From: Marsupella aquatica
Lineage: Eukaryota; Plantae; Marchantiophyta
DNA: 64,000 bases
NCBI GenBank assembly: GCA_973895155.1
Contig: OZ316891.1
Location: 28,401,145-28,465,144 of the forward strand
Direction: 5' to 3'
In this document: piece by piece, positions 35,253 through 45,228 of the stretch
Position numbering within the stretch: position 1 is the first letter of the stretch
Layout of the letters: every line of letters begins with the position of its first letter
Translations under genes and position numbers: made by a program
Notes under the pieces: model-generated
Seen by the model: the letters and a program-made list of their open reading frames with translations, nothing else
Databases searched by the model: none
Told to the model about the DNA's origin: nothing

Positions 35253-36441
35253 TGAAAAGTAGTTATTGTTTGTGACATTACCATTGAAAAACATGGATAA
35301 CTTGAAATTTTACAAATTTTCAAAATGCCTTTACCACTTATTCATGAATTCATGGTTAAAGTTTCTTGAGAAATTTGTAGTTTAATATTATCTTAGTGGG
35401 TTGTGTTTCAATTCAATTAGATGGTGTCATTTCTATTCTCCTTGTCTTCTTTTCACAATAATGTGTATCAGGTTAAGTTGTAGTAATTTATTTTCTGGTT
35501 TTTAAATGACAATGGCTTTTGGAGGTGATTTAGTTGTTGTTTCAAAAGACACCTCGTGTAATTGTGAGACCATTGTAGATAATAGTGTTGTATTTGAGAT
35601 CATTTATTGGTGGAATGTAACTTCAGATGAATTTGGTCATTTTTAGGTGTCAAAACATAGCTAGTTTATGTCATATTTTGTTCGCTCCATATTTTTGCTC
35701 TAAAATAGGTGCTAATTTTTGCACTGTTTTTGACTTTTTCGTTGTTTTTCTGATTTTTTGGCTAGAGTTCCTAAAGTATGGGCTTGTTACTCATCATTTA
35801 AGGCTTCTTGTTACTTTGGAAAAAGGAAGACAACATGTATGCTGTCTTCCATAACTCTTACACATAATTTAAATGACCGGGTGCGGACGGCCAGATGAAG
35901 GGGGTGTGGGTTGTAGGCAGACTTGGGCAAATTTGGAGACACCATTAATTTTGTCTTCACTCACTATTACAAATAATCTGAATTGGGTTTCATTCAGACT
36001 CAAATATATGTAGGGCTAATTATGTGAACACAACATTAATAATGTCTTCACATATAGTTTTCCTTGTGTTAGACCCCCTCATGTTATGTGGCATCCTTGC
36101 AAAGGAAGAACATTAGGCACAGCAAGAAAGAACATTTGGCACAATATTAGTAAGAAGGCTCTTACATATGTCACATTAATGTTGGGTCTTCGGCCCCGGC
36201 ATGCTTGGGGTTCTGGGGGGCAGCAGGGACCATGGATGAAATCCACATAGATGGACAATATTAGTTTTTGCTTCAATTCAATGGTCACGTATGAGGCCAA
36301 GTGTGTTTGTGTCGTGAGATGATTCCTTACTGTAGAGGAGGTGTGTACATAAAAGCATGAACTTGTATGAGTTTAACCTTTATTTGATTTATTCTTGCTT
36401 TGTCAAATTTACCCAAATACAAGTTTAAGTAAACCATTATG

Positions 36442-36990
36442 CCCTAAACCTAAACCCTAAACCTAAACCTAAACCCTAAACCCTAAGTTACCTCCGACCT
36501 TTTGTATTGTATAAGGTGAGGCAAGAATAACAACCCCATAAAACTCATCCTATACCTCCATTGTTCAAATGAGGCCATTTAGTGAGTTATGCCTCTGGCC
36601 TAGAAGTAATGAAAGAAGGCCTACCCTAAACCCTAAACCCTCTGCCAACTCCTAGTAGCCTATACACCCTAAACCCTCTTTGAGGCTACTAGTAGGCTAT
36701 ACACCCTAAACCCTATACATTTGTTCAAAAAGTAGGGCTTCAATTACACCCAAGAATAGAATATGTATGGATGTTTGACTTGAAGTGGGTCAAGAGATTG
36801 ACAAAATTGATCCCCCTCCTACCTTTTCCTTTTCTTTTGCAAAATATGTTGTGAATAAATGGGGTACCTAAAAATTGGTATAACACCCTCAGTGCTACAA
36901 AACTCCAAAGTAAGGCCTAGTTTTGTCAATTGAGCATATATATGTACCAAGTTCATTAAGGGCCCTAAACTCTAAACCCCTAAACCCTAC
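36442..36990 (+). repeat. Interstitial plant telomere-type repeats (CCCTAAA/CCTAAA) in several short clusters
   Basis: Clusters at 36442-36486, 36624-36641, 36667-36677, 36704-36715 and 36963-36988. Confidence 0.75.
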
Positions 36991-38093
36991 TAACCTGTCC
37001 CCCAAATTACCTAATATTGCTAAGGTGCCCCCAAAACAAATTTTTTTATCAACATGTCCTCCATTTCGTATTTGTATCAATATTAAAATGTATATGGGTT
37101 CCCATTACCATCTAGCAAGTTGTTATTGGATCGTATGAGCCCATCAGGGCACCTCTTCATCGGCCTCACTTGGTTACGGGAACCCATATATGAGTTAATA
37201 TTAACCCAAATGAAAAATGGGGGACAATTAAGTTAATAATTAATTTTGTCTAAGGAACAAGTTAATAATATTGGGTAGTAGTTTAGGGGACAAGTTAGTA
37301 AAAAACTCTAAGAGCATAAGCATCCAGAGTAAGTGTGACAGGTCCATTAACATCTCCATTAACAACATAAACATCTTGATAAGTTTGTACAAACATGCTG
37401 AGTATGTATGGTGGCTACCCTGAAAAAAATGGTGATTTGAAGTCCAAAATACAACATGCAATGAATGAAACATGTGAACACAACATGATTATTGTCTTCA
37501 TTACACGCTTCCACCAAAATTGCGCCGTTGCAAGAGGGGGGCATTTTGAGTGTTTGGATGCTCCTTGGACAGAAGAACGATGGTTACCAGGGGGGGCATG
37601 GGTCAAAGTTACTTGGTTTTGTTCCCACACTGTTACACAACTTTGGGTGTATGTACATGAAGACAATATGGTTTTTGTCTTCGTACCAAAGTAGGAAAAT
37701 ATATGGGTTGTTGCAGCGGACACTCGATTGCAGATCCCGTTCAGGAAGGTCGAACGGTCGCGAGGTAGACCTTGGCACAATTTGCTGCTAAACAGACCTG
37801 GGCCAATAGTAATGGAATACAACGCCATGAGGCAGCAAAGAATAGCTCAATACACATTGCACAGTAATGGACGTCCATGCACTCAACATTGCAAATTCCA
37901 ATAATTGCTTCAATTTCTGATTTCAAAATGTGTGGAGTCTGCGTATGCAGTCTTCAAAATTTGCAAAACTACAATTACTTCTGCTGCTAGCCTCTGCCTA
38001 GTCTGCAATGAGTTACAGTGGGAGCTCAGGGAATCCTGAATTGTACCCATCACCTCAGCCAATCGTAAGCTATACCCATTACCCCGTATGGGT

Positions 38094-38648
38094 CTAACGT
38101 TCATTGCTACAGAAAATCTTGGAGATTGCATACCAATTCTTTGGAGAGGGCGCGCCTAGATAACAATTGTAAGGCAAAGCAATCGACAGCCTTCTAGGCG
38201 TTCTCCTCACAAGACCTTCTACTCGCCCATACGGTCCAGCTTTCACTACACCAGCCTCAGATTCCAGCTGAACATCACTGTCGCCTTTTGTTGTGGAGCC
38301 AACATCGACTTTCAATGGCCCAACATCAGGTTGCAGTCTTCCTACCCCAACCTCAGATTTGAGCTCAACATCAGCTCGCACAGTCCCTGCTCCAGAATTG
38401 TAAACTGCTTCACGCTCCCCATCTACTGGTCCCAAAGTAATATGGGACTTGGATTCAGGTGGCCGAAAAACAGCCAGCCTGCTCAGGCAGCCTAGATCGT
38501 CATTTCGATAGGGGAAGAGAGCACACGCGCATTCCAGCATACAATGGATGGCAAAGAAAATGTAACTGAGAATTGCCAAGATGGTCCATACACCAAAGCC
38601 CAATGCCCACAACAATTGAACCAAAAAGTCAGCATTCGCCTTTGCCAT
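38094..38648 (-). pseudogene. Paralogue of the 10819-11439 accessory gene, truncated at the start of the hybrid-binding domain
   Basis: Shares the MAKA start, the hydrophobic N-terminal helix (..LS.IF..(V/I)H.MLE) and PYNC.LG....(K/N)WYA(V/I); similarity stops after WYAI. Confidence 0.7.
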
Positions 38649-38874
38649 TGTCCCGCAGTGTGCTCAATCAACTACTCTCTGCTATCCTCTAAAGCTGCTC
38701 AATGGTCTGCTCTCTGCTCCCCTCTCCCGCTTGCACAACGTTGCAAATGGGCTACGCTGCATGCTACGTCGCGCTTAAAACAGGTTTACCTCAGGGGGAC
38801 GGTTTAAGGACGCCCTAAACCCCGCAACGGTCACCCTAATATCGCACCGTCTACATAGGATCCAAAAGTGCATG

Positions 38875-39078
38875 TGAAGACAACATGAAAAATGTCTTCA
38901 AGTAACTCGATCATGTTTTGAACACTGAAGACAACATGAAATATGTCTTCAAGTAACTCGTTCATTTTTTGAACACTGAAGACAACATGAAAAATGTCTT
39001 CAAATAACTCGATCATTTTTTGAAAACTGAAGACAACATGAAAAATGTCTTCAAAAAACACGATCACACGAACACTGA
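38875..39078 (+). repeat. 51-bp tandem repeat x4, each unit containing GAAGACA-N10-TGTCTTC
   Basis: Units start at 38875, 38926, 38977 and 39028. Confidence 0.95.
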
Positions 39079-40826
39079 AATGCCAGTTAGCTCTATGTTA
39101 GCTATTCTTGAGGGCACAACCAAAGCAGTTGTTTATTCCATATCATGAAGTATAGTTAGTCAAATGAAGTGATATCTTCCTGATACTGTGATCCAAAGCC
39201 TCGGCACTCCATGGCAACTCCATGGCAACCTCCTCTGCCAACTCTAAGTATCGTTGCATGTTTTCAGGGGGTCCATTGTAAGAGTGAAAAGGATCATCAT
39301 GTCTTGTTGCAATTGTGCTGTCTGGACCAATGCCTGTGCTTGGTGCTGTAGAAGGAATAGAATATTCAGTTGCCACCAGGTCTTCTCCTGGAAGAGGTGA
39401 CCACTGAGTATGATCTGTATGTGAACCAGCATTATCCACCTGCACAATGAAATGGTAACAAAAGCGAAGCATTACCCACCCGCACAATCAGTAATAAACT
39501 CAACAATGAACTTAGTGGTTTATTGAGGAATCCTATACCTCTGCAATTTTGGTACAAGTCCTTCTGTTGTGTCCAGCTTCTCCACAATTGGAGCACCTAC
39601 ACTTGCCGGTATACTGGCGCAGCTTCTTCTTACGTGGCTGAATTTGAATCCCTGGAAGTCCAGCAGAAGTGTTTGCACGGGGAAATGGTTCCACCCTGTT
39701 GGGGTCATCAAACACTGGATACCTCAGGAAACGTTCTCCTGAGGTGTTGTAAACCACATCTTCTCCTTCTCTAATAGCCCTAGGTCCATGCCTTGTACCT
39801 CGATCACCTTGCTGGAATCGAACCATCCTATGACGACCCCTTTTCACAGCAACCTCTGGAGGGGCACAATTAGGACTCAACTGAAGGTCACTTACAACAA
39901 AGCTAGGCATGACCTCATCATACAAAGCAAGCAATGAACCTGTTCGCCAACACCTGTGAAAATGTGCAGATGGGTTCCGCCCTTCCTGGTCATCCCATGC
40001 CATGATGTGCTCACATGGCCACACCATTTCTTGTAGTTCAAAACATGAGCAAGCTTTCTTGGGTGCTAGGGACACAAGATACTCTTCACTGCCGGATGTT
40101 GTTTGTACTTTTGCAGTGGATTGTCCATCATCAAACACCTGCCCATGTCAATTGTTTGATTACTGAATGTCAGCAGACATTGAGATCGAGACATTGAACC
40201 TTACCACACTAGTACAAGTCAGATTTGAAAGTCAGATTTGAAATGTTTACCTGCCATTGACCAAAAGTTTTCAAGTTGTTGTTGTATCTGATGAGGGCTG
40301 GAATTGTCAATGCTTCATGTCTAGCAAGTGCTGTTGTTCTCCTGTCTTTAAGCTTCTGCTACATGTAAATCCAAAGTTGAACTAATAACTTGAAAGGGGC
40401 AAATTCCCAAAATGGCAATAACCCTGAATTAGCTTGCTCACAAGGGTTACTTGTAACCTTGCCCATCCGTGGAAGTGGGAAGGCCATCCGAGAATACTGT
40501 CTAACATCAAAAGTTCTGATGTAGTTTACAACATCATCTGACTTACTTGAATCTACGGCATTGGATAGCCGCCTCAAACAAGATTCATACCTGTTATACA
40601 ACCACAGAGGGGACACCAGACGGTTACAATAGCAGAGAGAAGACAAATAATCTTGTCTACATCTAATGTACTGAGCAAAGAGAAGACATTCATCATTATG
40701 TATGCACACTTCTATACTAAAAACATTGACAAGCCATCCATACAAAGGCACACAGAAGACATTCATCATTAAATGTATGCACATTTGTGTACTGAAGCAT
40801 TCAGTACACACCCATGATATAGAGGC

Positions 40827-43800
40827 TGTGACAGGGTCCCCGTCACATAAAATCACGAATAACTTGGTCGCGGAGTGTCGCGCAGTGTAAATAACCATTG
40901 TAAATAACCATTTTTTCAATTTTTTTTAAGTTAATTCTATCACCTGTGACCGAAGAATTGTATTTATTTTTATCCCCTAATTGTTCTGCAATTATGTTGG
41001 GAGGAGGGCCCTGCCTTTGGGGGACTCCCCATTATTTTAGGGCCATTTTTAGAGAACTCAATAGCAAGGTTGATGGGAAGAAGAAATGAAACAGGACCGG
41101 GAGCAAGGAAGTTTTTGAGTAGAGGTGACCCCGGCAGTGTGATTAGGGGGAAGTTTTTTTATGGGCAGCCGGAGCCGGGCTGGACAGGGAGGAGGCTGTC
41201 GCGAGCCCTGCATAGGGCCGCGTTCAGGAGAAGAAAAGGGGGGATTAAATCCCCCGTTTGAGGGGAGCCCCGCGAGCTGAAGGAAGCGAGGCGCCGAGGG
41301 TGGGGGAGAAATTAAAATTCCCCCTTAAGGGGCACCGCAAGTACCAAGTAGGGAGGCCGGTGCAGGAAGGTCGCGGAGGGGGGTTAAATACCCCTTAAGT
41401 GGCCTGGCAGAGGGCGAGCACTTAAGGGCCCATAAGGGGCAGCCCTAGGGCCGCCACGTGGAATCCCCAGGTAAGTGCTCCCGCGAGCAGGGCAAGGGCA
41501 GCCGGGCCGCAGCCGAGGAGTAAAGGGGGGGGTATTAAAACCCTCCCATGAGCCCATAGGGCTGCGTGCCAAAGGCATTTAGGGCTCCCGCGAGCCAGGC
41601 GAAAGAGGGCGCTACGGGGGGTGGCCATGAGGCGAAAGAGGGCTGTCGGGGGGAATTAAATCCCCCGTTTGAACCACGAGTAGCCGAGCACTAAGTGCTC
41701 CCGCGAGTGGCGCAGGGGGCATCGGGGCGAGAGCGCAGCCGGGACTCCTGCGAGAAAAGTGAGATGGCAGGTGGCCGGGGTGAGCCCATAGGGCTGCGTG
41801 CCCAGGGCATTTAGGGCTCCCACGGGCCAGGCGAAAGAGGACATCGGGGAGGGCCATTAAAGGAGGGCCCGGGTCGCAAGGCGAAAGGAGGTGTCGGGGG
41901 GGATTTTTTGTTTTTTTTCCCTTCTTTTCTCCCTCTTTTGCACAACCCTCTCCTTGCCGAAAGCAAAACTCGAAGCTCTTTCCCAACACCTTGCCGAAAG
42001 CTCTCACCTTCTAATTATTTTTGAAGCTCTCTCTCATGGTAGATTGGTGGGGCTTGGTGGCCTGATTCTTCCGGGCCTTAGCGGCAGCAGCACGGACTGG
42101 CTTCTGGGGGAATTGAGAGTAATCGATTGATCGGGATGCGGGGGCTGTTTCGGGCCAGGGAATTGACATTGCTACGGGTGACGGGATTTGGTGATTGAGG
42201 ATTTGATTTCGGGATGCATGAATGCTAGATCAACCGGAGTTCAGTGTGGCACGCATTCGGAGATACAAGGCTGCTTACCGTGACTACGTGGAGACTTTGA
42301 TTGCAAGGGAGAGAGAAGAGAGAGAAGCTACGATGAGCACGGGATTGGTAGCAGGTTCCACGCCGGTGGGTAGGAGGATTTTTCGTCGAATTTATCCCAA
42401 GACCTCCGCCAAGGTGATGGAGGATTGTCGGAATATTTTCCAAGCCACCGGGGTTACAGAATTCATGAAGGTGGAGATTACCATCCCCCCGGGGAAGAGC
42501 TGGGACATTGAGGCCGGGATGGAGTTACGAACGGAGGGAATCTACTTTGAATGTCTCAAACGTGTAGTGCCCCATGTAGAGTTGGCTAGGCTGCTGTTTC
42601 TGGAGAATCAGAAATTCTCATTCACACCTCGGCACATCAGGGGAGAACTCACGTTGAAGATGGTGGCCACTTGGGTGATTAATCCCACCTCCACCACTGC
42701 CATCCCTCTTTCCGCTGTCAAGGATGTTGAGTATAAGGGATTCCTGGCCAAGGTTCATCAACGGGTCCTTGGCAACGTGCAATCAGGGGTGGTGAATGAA
42801 GAGCATTTTGTGGTAGCTATGGACATCAAGAACCACCCAGCCCATGTGTACGGATGGTGGTACTACGGGTTGAAGAAGCTGTTGGCCGCTGACCTCGGGA
42901 GTGTGAAACCAGGTGGGGCTGTACATTTGATGGGGTCATTTGTATTGGCCAGGGCAGAAGGGTTGATTGGTTCCCCGGGACAGGAAGACACGGAATCATC
43001 TCTCACCACGGAGATCCGGAGTATTGCCACTACCGTTATAGGGAAGCTCACGGAGGAATCATCGTCGGCTGGTGGGGATGAAGATAGAGGAGAAGAAAAC
43101 CAGGATGAGGACTACACATTGGAGTGGCTTGAATCACTCGTGGGAGATCCGGAAGAGCCCCTGGCCTACAACATTCCGGATGTTTACCTGGCAGAGCTAC
43201 GGGATTTCAGAGAGGGAGTCCATGAGGGACTCAAGCTAGTCCACGCATTGAGAGAGTCTCTCAAGCACACCACAGCCAGAGTAGAGACGTTCGAGCAGAG
43301 TACCCTGTCTCTGAAGGAGGTGATCAAGGCCAAGGAGGAGACCATTCATGAGAAGGTTAAGCTTCTCCAAGCAGCTCACGTAGAGATCTCCAACTTGAAG
43401 GGAGCCTTGTCCACCAAGGCCAAGGAAGCAGAAGAGGTGGGAGCATTGAGACAAGCATTGGCCAAAGAGAAGCAGAATTCTGGAGAAGTGGTGGAGTGGA
43501 GAAACCAGGTGGGAGCACTACGGAGTCAGGTGGCCGCCTTTGAGACACGAGCAAAGAGGAGTGAGGCCTTGAGTCTGGGGAAACGGAAGAGCCCCGACAC
43601 TCCTAGCTCCACACTTTCTCCGGATTTGATCTCCCAGGCTATTGAGATGGTGGTGAAGGAGGTTAGTGGGAAGTATGGGCCCTTGTTGGATGGAGCCAAG
43701 AAGAGTCAGGAGAAGAGCAAGGGCTTGGAGAAGAAGCTCCGGGAGGTACGGAAATCATTACGGGAGGCTCAGGTCAGTACAAGGATGCCACCCAGGTCTG

Positions 43801-45228
43801 TCACCCCCGGGACTCCCATGGCCACAGGGCAAGTTCTACCGTTGGAGTTGCGGTCCGGAGAAGAGGCTACCCTATGGAAGGACACCATTGGTGAGGGGTA
43901 CATTAAAGCGTGGCAGGCCTTGGCCAATTTGAGAAAGCAGGGGAGCACTAGCACAAGGAGTACCCCGGTAAAGAAGAAGAGAAGTGAAGTGGCACTCACT
44001 CCAGTGGAGAGTGATGAGGAGGCCCACTCACGGGGCTCAAGCCAGGGCACCGTGAGTGAAGAGGAGGAGGATTAGAGTGGTCGTACGGACGTGGTTGTAT
44101 GGCCCCTGGACTTTCCAACTTTTTGTGAGGGTTCACTCATGGGCTTGTTGGAAAGAGCTCGCGGAGCTGATTCCAACAAGAGGCAGCGCTCCTCAAACGG
44201 AGCCAGGATGAGCAGGTTATGGCCCGGCGAAGTTGTGTTTACGGGATACGGAAACGGTCATAACTTGGTCATCCAATGCCCGTTTAGAGAGCGGTTGAGT
44301 GATTCATGATCAGGAGGAGGAGAGCTATCCAGGGGTGAACTCAGAAGTGCAAGTGGAGGGGCGCCTAGCTTCGGCCATTGTGGGGTTCCTTGCAATTTCA
44401 CGGTTCACGGAGTAACGTTGGGGCACCGTCGAAGGCACCGTCGGCCCCATTGTTAGTTTAGGGTTTAGGGTTTTTAGATGCATGTGTGTGCCGCATGGTT
44501 TTAGTTTAGGGGTTTCTTAGTGAAGGGTTTAGCGGCGCCGCTAGGGTAAGCCGCCATCGTTGTGGCCCCGTGAGGGGTGCTTTGGTGTGTTTTTTGGTAT
44601 TTAGGGGGAGAGCCCCAAAGTAGTAGGGGGAACTCAGCGTAGTACTTGGATGCTTTGGAGTAGCTTTTGTGAGTAGCGCACCGATTAGGAGAAGTTCAAG
44701 CCAGAGTAGTGAGGTGGAAAACGTAGCACTTGTCCCCGGTGAGGCAGGAGTTGGGCAGACGGCAGGAGGCCGGGTTGTCCTTGCATGTGTTACGGGAAAC
44801 ACCAAGAGATATAGATTTGGCTTGAGGTTCCAATATTTTGTGTGTCACTTGTTGTTGCTTGTGTTGTTTGTTTTCCTCCCCTAGTGCGTGTGGTCGGTGT
44901 CGTTGTGGAAACATTTGCCCTTGTCACTAGTGTTCAAATCTTATTGTAAATGTTGGTATGCTTGCCCAAGAGAGGAGGGGGGTGGTGACAGCACTCACCC
45001 GGTGGGCATGAGTTGTAGATGGTAGGACCAGTCCCTTGGACTTGATCAAAAATGGAGAGACCAGTCGGTAGACTTGATCAAAAAGTACACTTCCGGGAGC
45101 GGAATCAAACATACTCATCCTTAGGTGTGGAACTCCTCCAAATAGCGTCCCTCCACGACCCCGTAATACGATACCAACGGTTTAAGCAAGGAAAAGTACG
45201 ATTTGCACGTATTAATTGTTGGATAGGC
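40827..45228 (+). mobile_element. ~4.4-kb insertion of uncertain class (retrotransposon-like) inside the MULE transposase intron
   Basis: Interrupts an intronic AAAGGCACA.AGAAGACAT..ATCATTA repeat present on both sides. Begins TGTGAC; possible TSD GAGGC/TAGGC; GC-rich; no gag/pol or clear TIR seen. Confidence 0.55.
42222..44075 (+). CDS. 617-aa uninterrupted ORF of the insertion, with acidic segment and long coiled coil; function unknown
   Basis: Long open frame with heptad-rich C-terminal half and basic KRK/KKKR motifs. No recognisable catalytic motif. Confidence 0.65.
   Translation: MLDQPEFSVARIRRYKAAYRDYVETLIAREREEREATMSTGLVAGSTPVGRRIFRRIYPKTSAKVMEDCRNIFQATGVTEFMKVEITIPPGKSWDIEAGMELRTEGIYFECLKRVVPHVELARLLFLENQKFSFTPRHIRGELTLKMVATWVINPTSTTAIPLSAVKDVEYKGFLAKVHQRVLGNVQSGVVNEEHFVVAMDIKNHPAHVYGWWYYGLKKLLAADLGSVKPGGAVHLMGSFVLARAEGLIGSPGQEDTESSLTTEIRSIATTVIGKLTEESSSAGGDEDRGEENQDEDYTLEWLESLVGDPEEPLAYNIPDVYLAELRDFREGVHEGLKLVHALRESLKHTTARVETFEQSTLSLKEVIKAKEETIHEKVKLLQAAHVEISNLKGALSTKAKEAEEVGALRQALAKEKQNSGEVVEWRNQVGALRSQVAAFETRAKRSEALSLGKRKSPDTPSSTLSPDLISQAIEMVVKEVSGKYGPLLDGAKKSQEKSKGLEKKLREVRKSLREAQVSTRMPPRSVTPGTPMATGQVLPLELRSGEEATLWKDTIGEGYIKAWQALANLRKQGSTSTRSTPVKKKRSEVALTPVESDEEAHSRGSSQGTVSEEEED

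Larger units (their letters stand above)
27690..35810 (+). mobile_element. Nested ~8.1-kb DNA transposon: Sola-like transposase plus ParB-methyltransferase cargo gene
   Basis: Imperfect ~30-bp inverted repeats CAAGAAGCCTTAAGGGATGAGTCCAAAGCC (27690-27719) and GGCTTGTTACTCATCATTTAAGGCTTCTTG (35781-35810), flanked by TTAA (27686-89) and TTAC (35811-14). Both flanks belong to the same degenerate host repeat (TGTCTTC..TTACA.ATAAT..GACCGGGTG..CGGAC). Exact ends are uncertain by a few bp. Confidence 0.75.

Noticed and set aside
38875-39078. CRISPR-like appearance of palindromic repeats with regular spacing
   Set aside because: The intervening sequences are near-identical rather than unique spacers, there are no cas genes and the context is eukaryotic. 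It is a 51-bp tandem repeat.
45170-45176. GATACCA as a reverse-strand PBS for the 4.4-kb insertion
   Set aside because: Only 7 nt match the tRNA-iMet PBS, and it is not adjacent to an LTR-type CA end.
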